A DNA stretch of 55,345 bases from Planctomycetota bacterium. GTDB lineage: Bacteria; Planctomycetota; UBA1135; GCA-002686595. The stretch covers positions 1-55,345 of the forward strand of contig JBCCSK010000001.1 of the NCBI GenBank assembly GCA_039200205.1, read 5' to 3'. Positions within the stretch are counted from its first letter, which is position 1; each line of letters opens with the position of its first letter. Of this stretch, positions 9,391 to 17,992 are shown piece by piece. Below the pieces are notes generated by a model. The model had not been told where the DNA came from, searched no databases, and saw nothing but the letters and a program-made list of their open reading frames with translations. Position numbers and translations under genes: made by a program.

Positions 9391-11169
9391 TCAGGCCGCG
9401 TCGAGGGTTACGCGGAATGTGCTGCCGACTCCGGGCTCGCTCTGGAGCTCGAGCGTTCCATTCAGCGACTGGACCAGGTGCTTCACGATCGAGAGTCCGA
9501 GGCCCGTCCCGCCGACCGCGCGGGAGCGCGCCTTGTCGACCCGGTAGAAGCGCTCGAAGATCCGCGCCTGGTCTTCTGCCGGGATTCCGATGCCGTTGTC
9601 GGCGACCTCGAGGATCGCGCGGTCGCCGTCGCGCCCGACGCGCACCGTGACCTCGCCCTCGTCCGGCGTGTACTTGAGAGCGTTGTCGACGAGGTTGTCG
9701 ATGATCTGCGTCAGCGCCTCGCGGTCACCGAGCACCTGGAGCGCGCCGTCGCACGCATCGAGGACGAGGCGCTGATCGCGGCCCTGCGCCGTCGATTCGT
9801 GCCGACGCACGGCCTCGCCGACGAGCGCGTGGAGATCGAACGGATGGCGCGGCAGGAGGCCGGCCTGCGACTCGATGCGCGCGAGGCTCAAGAGGTCGGT
9901 CACGAGGTGGTTGAGCCGCAGAACGTTGTTCTCGACCTTCTCCAGGAACCGCACGTTGTTGTCGTCGTCCTCCAGAGCGCCGTCGAGGAGCGCCTCGACG
10001 TAGCCGCGAATCGACGTCAGCGGCGTCTTCAGCTCGTGGCTGACGTTGGCGACGAAGTCGCGCCGGATGCGTTCGAGTCGCCGGATCTCCGAGATGTCGT
10101 TCAGGACGATGACGACACCGACGGAGTCACCGTCGTTGAACCGGTGCGCCTGTGCGCGAACGATCGCGTCCTCGTCCGTCGTGCTCATCTCTAGCTCGCA
10201 CGTCGCCGCGGAGTCCGACCGGCGCGCCTCGACGAGAAGCGCGTCGAGCCCCGCAACCTTCGCGTTCTCCCAGAGCGGCTTGCCCATGTCCTCGCGTTCG
10301 AACTTGAGCAGCCGTCGCGCGGCGTAGTTGGAGAACGTCACGCGGTCGTCCTCGTCGACCGCGACGACGCCCTCGATCATGCCGGCGACCATCGCGCGCA
10401 GGCGCTCCTGGCCCGCGGTCAGATCGGCGACCCGCTGGCTCATGTCGAAGCCGAGTCGGTTGAGAGCGCTCGCGAGCTCGCCCAGCTCGTCACCGCGGTG
10501 GGGCGGCCTTTCGAGCGCGACCCGCGCGCTGTAGTCCCCCCCGCCCAGGCGGCCGGCGACCTCGCGCATCTGCTCCAGGGGACGCGAGATTCGACGCACC
10601 ATGAACGCCCCCAGCAGGAGGGCCAGGAGCGTCGCGAGGCCGACGCCGAAGAGCAGCAGGCGAGCGACGCTCCGCTCCTGTTCGCGCAATGACGCCGTTT
10701 CGACGGCGATCCGCACGATGCCGTTCCGACCGTCCGCGTGGTCCGGGCACACCGAGACGTAGAGCGTCTCGCGTCCGGTCGTTCGACTGGTCCGCAGGTC
10801 GGTGCCGTGGCCGCTCTCCAGAGCGGCGGTCGTGTCGCTGCGGTCGACGAGGTGGTTCTCCATCGACTCGGCCACCGCATCGGTGTCGGCAACGACCGTC
10901 CCGTCGCGGCGAATCAGCGTGATCCGTCGCCCCGTGTCCGCGCCGATCGTCTCGATGCGACGCTGGAGCTCGTCCGGGTCCAGACGTGCGAAGTCGTCCT
11001 GCGTGACCTCCGCCAGAGTCACCGCCTGCGCTCGCAGCGACGCCTCGGTCCTGGTCTGCAGGTCGTTGTTGTACTTGCCGAGGACGAGGACCCCAACGGC
11101 GCCGACCGTCAGCAGGATCAGCAGCGCGTACGAGAGGAACAGCTTCCAGAAGAAGCGGAAGCGGAACAT
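9391..11169 (-). CDS. phoR: Sensor histidine kinase, PhoR type (TM-HAMP-PAS-HisKA-HATPase)
   Basis: RRDFVANVSHELKTPLTSI H-box, NLVDNALKY, DNGIGI and IFERFYRVDKARSR..GGTGLGLSIVKH; overlaps the response regulator by 1 nt. Confidence 0.88.
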   Translation of the reverse strand: MFRFRFFWKLFLSYALLILLTVGAVGVLVLGKYNNDLQTRTEASLRAQAVTLAEVTQDDFARLDPDELQRRIETIGADTGRRITLIRRDGTVVADTDAVAESMENHLVDRSDTTAALESGHGTDLRTSRTTGRETLYVSVCPDHADGRNGIVRIAVETASLREQERSVARLLLFGVGLATLLALLLGAFMVRRISRPLEQMREVAGRLGGGDYSARVALERPPHRGDELGELASALNRLGFDMSQRVADLTAGQERLRAMVAGMIEGVVAVDEDDRVTFSNYAARRLLKFEREDMGKPLWENAKVAGLDALLVEARRSDSAATCELEMSTTDEDAIVRAQAHRFNDGDSVGVVIVLNDISEIRRLERIRRDFVANVSHELKTPLTSIRGYVEALLDGALEDDDNNVRFLEKVENNVLRLNHLVTDLLSLARIESQAGLLPRHPFDLHALVGEAVRRHESTAQGRDQRLVLDACDGALQVLGDREALTQIIDNLVDNALKYTPDEGEVTVRVGRDGDRAILEVADNGIGIPAEDQARIFERFYRVDKARSRAVGGTGLGLSIVKHLVQSLNGTLELQSEPGVGSTFRVTLDAA

Positions 11170-11852
11170 CAGTCGCGCACCTTGTACCCCACGCCGCGCA
11201 CCGTTGCGATGAGACCGCCGTGCTCGCCGAGCTTCTTGCGGATCGAGCTGACGTGGACGTCGATGTTGCGGTCGAGAATGACGGCCTCGCCGTCGGTCAA
11301 CCGCTCGACGAGCTCCTCGCGCGAGTAGACGCGCCCGGGGTGCTTGGCGAGCGTCCAGAGCAGGCGGAATTCGGACCGCGTGAAGGGAACGACCTCTTCG
11401 TCGACCGCCACCTCGTGGCGCTCCTTGTCGAGCACGACGTCGCCGACCTCGATGCGCATCTTCGACTCCGTGACGGGCTGTCCCCGGCGGAGCACCGCTC
11501 GGATCCGCGCCACGAGCTCGCGCGGGCTGAACGGCTTGCGCATGTAGTCGTCGGCCCCGAACTCGAGTCCGAGGACGACGTCGCTCTCCTCACCTTTGGC
11601 GGTGAGCATCACGACCGGGATCGACTTCGTCGCGTCCTCGCCCTTGAGCGCGCGGCAGACCTCCAATCCGTCGAGGCCGGGAAGCATGAGGTCGAGCACG
11701 ATGAGCCCGGGCTTCCGACGCTTCGCCTCCGACAGGCCCTTCTCGCCGTTGCGGGCGACGAGCACCGGGTAACCCTCGCGCTCGAGGGTGTACTGGAGCA
11801 GCTCGACGATGTCGGGATCGTCCTCGACGATCAGTACGGATTCTCTGGTCAT
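11169..11852 (-). CDS. phoB: OmpR/PhoB-family response regulator
   Basis: LIVEDD, LDLMLPGLDG, MLTAKGEESD, GADDY..KPFS; winged helix RNIDVHVSSIRKKL..TVRGVGY. Confidence 0.85.
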   Translation of the reverse strand: MTRESVLIVEDDPDIVELLQYTLEREGYPVLVARNGEKGLSEAKRRKPGLIVLDLMLPGLDGLEVCRALKGEDATKSIPVVMLTAKGEESDVVLGLEFGADDYMRKPFSPRELVARIRAVLRRGQPVTESKMRIEVGDVVLDKERHEVAVDEEVVPFTRSEFRLLWTLAKHPGRVYSREELVERLTDGEAVILDRNIDVHVSSIRKKLGEHGGLIATVRGVGYKVRD

Positions 11853-11932
11853 GATTCGCGCTCCTGTTCGCTCGCGACGCTAAGCGCGAATCTTAAAGAT
11901 CCCATCAAGGGGCCCGAAGGATCCAGATGGTG

Positions 11933-13069
11933 TCAGGTCATCGACCCCGCTCGAAAGCCGTAGAACGCCGGATCTCGCAGCGGCGGCTGGGCTGACTCGG
12001 GCACGAGCATCGTCCGGACCGCCCACAGGTCGGGGAAGATCCGGTATTCGAGCGCCGTGCGGTCGAGGTACTCGACCCCTGCGCTGCCCCCGGTCCCGGT
12101 CCTGCGTCCGATGACGCGCTCGACCATCCGAGCGTGGCGCTGGCGGAACATCACGAACGCCTGCTCGACCTCCAGCACAGCCGCGAGGACCTCGCGCGGC
12201 CAGGCGAGAAGCGGAAGATCGCGGTAGGTCTCGAGGAACACGATCGCGGCGCGCACCCGCGACCGCCGCTCGTCGGGCTCGCCTTCGTTGGCCGGCGAGA
12301 GGAACGCCTCCACGCCGGATCGCTCGCGCTCGTAGACCTGGCCGAGTCGCGCGCGCTCCGCCTCGACGTCCCGGCTCGGGGCCTCGGCCCCCGATCGCGC
12401 GGGGGCGCGGCGCGCGGCGACCACGCGCCGGTGCGCCTCGAGGTAGCGCGCGACGAATCCCTCCGCGTCGCTCTCGATGACGCCATCGTTGCGACGAACG
12501 GCATCGATCGGCGTCCGCGCAAGCCACGTCTCCAGCGCGTCCTTGAACGTCGGCGTGTCCGCGAGCGTGCGCTCGACTCGAGCCAGGGCAGGACTCGAGC
12601 CGCCGCCGGGATCGTGCAGCGCTGCGAGGTGACTGCCCGGCGGACCGAGCGGGATGCGCCGCGCCTCGTCGAGCCCGAAGAGGATCTCGATCTGGCGGAG
12701 CTGCGCGCTCTGGAAGCCGCTTGCCGGCATGAGCTTGTCGCGGAACGCGAGGTACGCGCGCGTCCCGAGGGTCTCGACCAGCGCGAAGTGATCGATCCCG
12801 ATCCGGAAGATGGTCGCGATACGCCGAAGGCGCTCGACGACTCCGGACAGCTCTTGCTCGGCGACGGCCTCGGCCGTGAAGAGGTCGCGGGCGCTGGCGA
12901 GGTCGCGCAGGACGAGCTTGAACCACAGCTCGTAGATCTGGTGGACCGCGATGAACAGGACCTCTTCGTTCGCGAGGTCCTCATCGGTCTTGGCCAGACC
13001 GCGCTGCAGGGCGAGGAGCTCCTCGACCTGGATGTAGTCCCAGTACGTCGTGGGCTGCTGCGGCGGCAT
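11933..13069 (-). CDS. kynA: Tryptophan 2,3-dioxygenase
   Basis: YWDYI..EELL, EVLFIAVHQIYELWFK, PASGFQSAQLR, RHARMVERVIG and GTGGSAGVEYL motifs. True start ATG 13069; the upstream part of the track ORF is a shadow frame. Confidence 0.92.
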   Translation of the reverse strand: MPPQQPTTYWDYIQVEELLALQRGLAKTDEDLANEEVLFIAVHQIYELWFKLVLRDLASARDLFTAEAVAEQELSGVVERLRRIATIFRIGIDHFALVETLGTRAYLAFRDKLMPASGFQSAQLRQIEILFGLDEARRIPLGPPGSHLAALHDPGGGSSPALARVERTLADTPTFKDALETWLARTPIDAVRRNDGVIESDAEGFVARYLEAHRRVVAARRAPARSGAEAPSRDVEAERARLGQVYERERSGVEAFLSPANEGEPDERRSRVRAAIVFLETYRDLPLLAWPREVLAAVLEVEQAFVMFRQRHARMVERVIGRRTGTGGSAGVEYLDRTALEYRIFPDLWAVRTMLVPESAQPPLRDPAFYGFRAGSMT

Positions 13070-13095
13070 CCGGCGGAGGATACCCGACGTCCGGA

Positions 13096-13929
<834 letters not shown>

Positions 13930-14170
13930 GGTGGGCGTCCTCTCCTCGCGTCTCCATTCGCAGTGGTGAAGGACCCGTGACGCGGGTCGCGGCAACCGAC
14001 CGTGGGTTTCGCGGAGCTGGAGTGCATCCCGCTGTTTCCTGAGGAGTGTTTCGAGCTGAGTCGTTTCGCAGCCAGGAACGTCCAGTCGCGAGACAGGCCT
14101 TCGACAGCGCCCCCTGGCGGCCGCATCCCCGGGCAAAGCGTGGTTCTGTCTACTCAGAGGTCATATCCCC

Positions 14171-15784
14171 ATGCACGAGCACCGCTCCTTCATCCCGACA
14201 CGTTCTACCGCCGCAGCCGCGCTCCTGGTCACCCTCCTCACCGCGTGCGAGAGCGGTTCGGTTCCGAATACGGACGAGGAGGTCGACCCGGACGTCTACA
14301 TCGAGGATGGACGCCGCTTCTTCCGCGAGGGCACGTTCGGGACAGAGGACTACTGGACCGAGGCCGTCGAGCTACCCCAGGGCCTCTTCGAGGCGGGCTT
14401 CACCGTCCTCGATGCGCTCAGCATCGGCCTGCAGGTCGACGCCGCCGTCGTCGATCCGCTCCTCGTCGACGAGCTCGTCGCCGAGCTGGGGACCGACCTT
14501 TCCGCTGCGAGCGCACCGCACCTGAACGACCCCGGGCTCTTCCAGGGGCTCCTCAGCGACAACGCTTTCGTCGGCCTCGTCGCCGACGACTGGAACGACG
14601 ACGGAATCGTGACGCCGAGCGCTGGCGAGACGCTCGGACTCTCGTGCGCGCTCTGTCATAGCCTCGTCGACGGCAGCGGCTTCGACGGCACCGCAATAGG
14701 GAGTCCAGTGCTCGGTTCGATCGGGCTCCGAGTCGACGGCCCTGGTGCGGTCGATCTCGACCACGGCGCGCTCCTCGCGGTCGCGCGCAACTCGCGGGCG
14801 CTCTACCCGTACCTGCCCCTGTCGCTCGCGACGGTCGGCGGAACGCCGATCGCGCGCACGGACGCGTTCGCGGCCGCCACGGCGAGCGAGATGGACGTCG
14901 ACGACCTTCTTCTCGACCTCGGCGCATTCCCCATCGGCCACGCGGACGTCTCGCCGGAGGGCGTTGGCGCTCCAGTCACGATCCCGCCGGTCTTCCAGGT
15001 TCGACCGGTGGCCCCGTACGGCGTAGCCGGTGAGTTCACGATGCTCGTCGACTACATCAACTTCCATGTCCTGACGGGCATGGACGGAACCAACGTCATC
15101 GATGAGGCGGGCGCGGAGTTCCTCGACGACATCGCGCCGGGGATCGGCGTGCAGATCACGAACGAGACGACGGAGGTGTTCACCGACACGGCCGTCCTCG
15201 CGCCGCCGAGCGAGTACCCGTACGCCGACGCACCGCTCGTGTCGGAGATGGGAACGGAGGAGTTCCCCTACGGCCGCAGGATCGACGAGTACGCGCTCCG
15301 GACGATGGCCCTGTACCTGCAGCAGCTCCGCGCTCCGGCTCCGCCCGTCGGCGACCCGACGCTGATCGACCGCGGCGCCGACGTGTACTGGGCAGCGTGC
15401 GCCACCTGCCACGGTGATCCGCGCGACTCGTTCCCGCTTCCCACGGTTCCGATCGACTTCCTGTGGCTGAACTACAGCCCGACCACGCTCCTCGTCCGCG
15501 GCTTCCCGTACACGAACCTGCTCGACGACGTCCTGACGACCTACGACGATCGCCTCGTCGTCTACGACCAGATCTTCGATCCCGCCCAGATCCCGTCACT
15601 GCCGCGCGAGCTCGCCACCCCCCGTCTCGTCGGCCTGCACCTTCGTCGCGAACTCCTTCACGACGGGTCCGTGCCGGACCTCGACGCGCTCCTCGACCCG
15701 GCGCGCGGTCCCGCCGCCGCCCACGCGTTCTACGTGGCACCCGGCGACGCAGAAGCGCTCATCGAGTTCCTGACGAGGCGCTGA
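14171..15784 (+). CDS. Di-heme cytochrome c lipoprotein (peroxidase/RoxA-like architecture)
   Basis: Lipobox LLTAC; two CxxCH motifs (CALCH, CATCH); C-terminal LLHDGSVPDL resembles the YLHNGSVP motif of di-heme CcP/RoxA-like proteins; very acidic. Confidence 0.75.
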   Translation: MHEHRSFIPTRSTAAAALLVTLLTACESGSVPNTDEEVDPDVYIEDGRRFFREGTFGTEDYWTEAVELPQGLFEAGFTVLDALSIGLQVDAAVVDPLLVDELVAELGTDLSAASAPHLNDPGLFQGLLSDNAFVGLVADDWNDDGIVTPSAGETLGLSCALCHSLVDGSGFDGTAIGSPVLGSIGLRVDGPGAVDLDHGALLAVARNSRALYPYLPLSLATVGGTPIARTDAFAAATASEMDVDDLLLDLGAFPIGHADVSPEGVGAPVTIPPVFQVRPVAPYGVAGEFTMLVDYINFHVLTGMDGTNVIDEAGAEFLDDIAPGIGVQITNETTEVFTDTAVLAPPSEYPYADAPLVSEMGTEEFPYGRRIDEYALRTMALYLQQLRAPAPPVGDPTLIDRGADVYWAACATCHGDPRDSFPLPTVPIDFLWLNYSPTTLLVRGFPYTNLLDDVLTTYDDRLVVYDQIFDPAQIPSLPRELATPRLVGLHLRRELLHDGSVPDLDALLDPARGPAAAHAFYVAPGDAEALIEFLTRR

Positions 15785-16418
15785 CGCCGACGCGCTCGAT
15801 CTGCCGCTCGACGAACTCGAGGTCGAAGTCCGACAGCCCGGCAGCGCGCGCGATATCGATCGCGGCGCTCCTTGGGATGCCGCGACTCGACGCAAGATGG
15901 ACGATGTAGATCGACGTCGCGAGGGAGCCGTCGTCATCGAGTACGAGCGCCCGCGATCGACCGGGCTCGGCGAGCACGCGGAGTGTCGAATCGACTGCCG
16001 CGTTCGAGATCCGAGACGTCAGCTCCTGGGCCTCCAGACTCACCTCGTTGCGATCGATCTCGACCAGCCCGAGGCCGAGGTCATCTGCGACGTAGCGCAG
16101 ATCCTCGCCGTCGCCGGCGGCGAGGTCCACGACGATCTCGACGCCCCGGCGCCGCGCGAGCTCCAGTGATTCGCGCAGATCCGCGGCGGGCGGCATCCCG
16201 CCCACCCAGTCTCCGTCGTACGTGAGCGCACCGGTCACGCCGCCGAGCCTCTCCGCGGCGAGGCGCGGCTCGACCGGTCGGTCGACCCGCACGTCACGTC
16301 CACCGCAGGCCACGAGGACCGGGAGGAGTGCCAGGAGCAGGCCCCGTAGGGGGAGCCGCGGGACGGACCGAGGAGGGGACGGCAAAGCGATGACGAATGG
16401 GCCAGAAACTGAATTCAC
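15759..16418 (-). CDS. Lipoprotein with tyrosine-phosphatase-like (DUF442-like) fold; catalytic loop absent
   Basis: Lipobox LVAC; 'GGMP...GVEIVVDL...LGLGLVEI...AIDIARAAGL' layout matches DUF442/PTP-like proteins. Start uncertain (GTG 16418 or later). Confidence 0.55.
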   Translation of the reverse strand: MNSVSGPFVIALPSPPRSVPRLPLRGLLLALLPVLVACGGRDVRVDRPVEPRLAAERLGGVTGALTYDGDWVGGMPPAADLRESLELARRRGVEIVVDLAAGDGEDLRYVADDLGLGLVEIDRNEVSLEAQELTSRISNAAVDSTLRVLAEPGRSRALVLDDDGSLATSIYIVHLASSRGIPRSAAIDIARAAGLSDFDLEFVERQIERVGVSASSGTR

Positions 16419-16515
16419 CCCGCGCCGGGCTAGCGGATCATAAAGGCGGTGCGCGGCACGGCAACTCATCCCGCCGCGTGGACGATCGCGCTCAGGTTTC
16501 CTTCCCTTCCCATCA

Positions 16516-17418
16516 ATGTCCCCGCTCAAGACCTCTGAGCAGCGTCTCTACGGCGCCACGCCCACGGGCGCCGAACTCATCGATTTCCATCCGGCGTTCG
16601 GCTCGGCGTCGCGCGCGCTCGACCACATCGCACCCGGCGTCTACGAGGGCCTCCGGACGTTCGGGCGCAGTCGGTTCTTCGGACTCAAGAACCACCTCCG
16701 GCGCCTGCGGGACTCGATCGAGGGGTTCGCGCAGCCGCTCGAGTACGACGAGGACGCATTGATCACGGCGCTCGTCGCCGCCGCCAAGGACGCGACCGCG
16801 GCCTTCGACAGCGAAGCGCGGATCCGCGTCGATGTCGCGGCCGAGCCCGCGCGGGTCTTCGGGAACTCGTCCAACATCCTCATCGCGGCGACGCCTTTCC
16901 GCGGCCTGCCGGAGCCCGTCGTTCGAGACGGCGCGTACATCAACTGCATCCCCGGGCTTCGACGCCCCGATCCGCGGGTGAAGACGTCGAACTTCATTCC
17001 GCTGCGCGAGGCGTGGATCGCGGCCCACGGAGACGTCGACGCCTACGAGCACCTCATGGTCGACGGCGACGGAAACGTGCTGGAGGGAACGCAGAGCAAC
17101 CTCGTCCTGGTCAAGGGCTCCGCGGTCTACTCCCCGCCGGAAGGGATCCTGCCCGGCGTGACGCTCGCCGCGGTCCTGGGTCTGGCGCGCGACGCCGGCT
17201 TCGAGGTCCACGAGGTCTTCACGCCGTTCTCCGAGATCGGCGACTTCGACGAGGCGTTCATGACCACGTCGGTGCGCAGCGTCGTGCCTGTGTCGCGCAT
17301 CGACGACGTGCGCTTCGAGGTCGTCGGCCCGGTGACGAAGAGGCTGCAAGGCCTGTACGACGCACTGGCCGAGGAGCACGCCGTCGAACCGGCGAGGTTC
17401 GCGGAAGCCGCCTACTGA
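16516..17418 (+). CDS. Aminotransferase class IV (IlvE / PabC / D-amino acid aminotransferase family)
   Basis: GVYEGLRT, HLRRL, VKTSN (PLP lysine), EGTQSN, ILPGVT and DEAFMTTS motifs. Confidence 0.9.
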   Translation: MSPLKTSEQRLYGATPTGAELIDFHPAFGSASRALDHIAPGVYEGLRTFGRSRFFGLKNHLRRLRDSIEGFAQPLEYDEDALITALVAAAKDATAAFDSEARIRVDVAAEPARVFGNSSNILIAATPFRGLPEPVVRDGAYINCIPGLRRPDPRVKTSNFIPLREAWIAAHGDVDAYEHLMVDGDGNVLEGTQSNLVLVKGSAVYSPPEGILPGVTLAAVLGLARDAGFEVHEVFTPFSEIGDFDEAFMTTSVRSVVPVSRIDDVRFEVVGPVTKRLQGLYDALAEEHAVEPARFAEAAY

Positions 17419-17945
17419 GGGCCGCGTTCGACGCGCGCGTCGAGTCGGTTCTTCAGCCAGGCGCGCGCTAGCGCCCAGTCGCGTACCACGGTCTTGCGCG
17501 AGACGCCGAGCGCGTCAGCGACCTCCTCACCGGTCAGGCCACCGAAGAAGCGAAGCTCGACGATGCGGGCCCACCGTGAATCGGTCTCGCGCAGTTCGTC
17601 CAGCGCACGGTCGAGGTCGAGCAGGTCGACGTCCGCCGGCGACGCGACGCCCTCGATGCCGGCGAGCGTGACGCGCTCGCCGCCCGACCGCACCGCCTGT
17701 CGACGCGCTTCGTCGACGGCGATCCTCCGCATCACCGTCGCGCAGAGCGCGAGGAAGTCGAGGCGGTGCATCTCGCCGTATCCGTCGTTCAAACGCAGCC
17801 AGGCGGTGTGAACGAGCTCCGTCGGCTCGAGGACGCCGCCGGGCGCACGTCGAAGAGCAGCGCGTGCGAGGTCGCGGAGAGACCCGTAGAGCTCGTCCGC
17901 CAGAGCGTCGAGATCGCGTCGGTCGCGGGAGGTCTCGTTGGCCAT
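17412..17945 (-). CDS. ECF sigma factor of the kinase-associated (TIGR02999-like) type
   Basis: LY..LRDLA, LEPTELVHTAWLRL, MRRIAVD.AR, IVELRFFGGLT.EEVA..LGVS.KTV.RDW..ARAWL. Confidence 0.9.
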   Translation of the reverse strand: MANETSRDRRDLDALADELYGSLRDLARAALRRAPGGVLEPTELVHTAWLRLNDGYGEMHRLDFLALCATVMRRIAVDEARRQAVRSGGERVTLAGIEGVASPADVDLLDLDRALDELRETDSRWARIVELRFFGGLTGEEVADALGVSRKTVVRDWALARAWLKNRLDARVERGPQ

Positions 17946-17992
17946 CGCAGCAGGTCGTCGGGGATCGATCGGGGGACGCGCGGAGCCTCGGT

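Noticed and set aside
14140-14170. Pho box upstream of the cytochrome c gene (ctgtcta...ggtcat)
   Set aside because: The half-sites mismatch and are not at 11-bp spacing.
16516-17418. Specific call as pabC, given folC in the window
   Set aside because: It is 15 kb from folC, and the motifs do not separate PabC from IlvE or D-amino acid aminotransferase.
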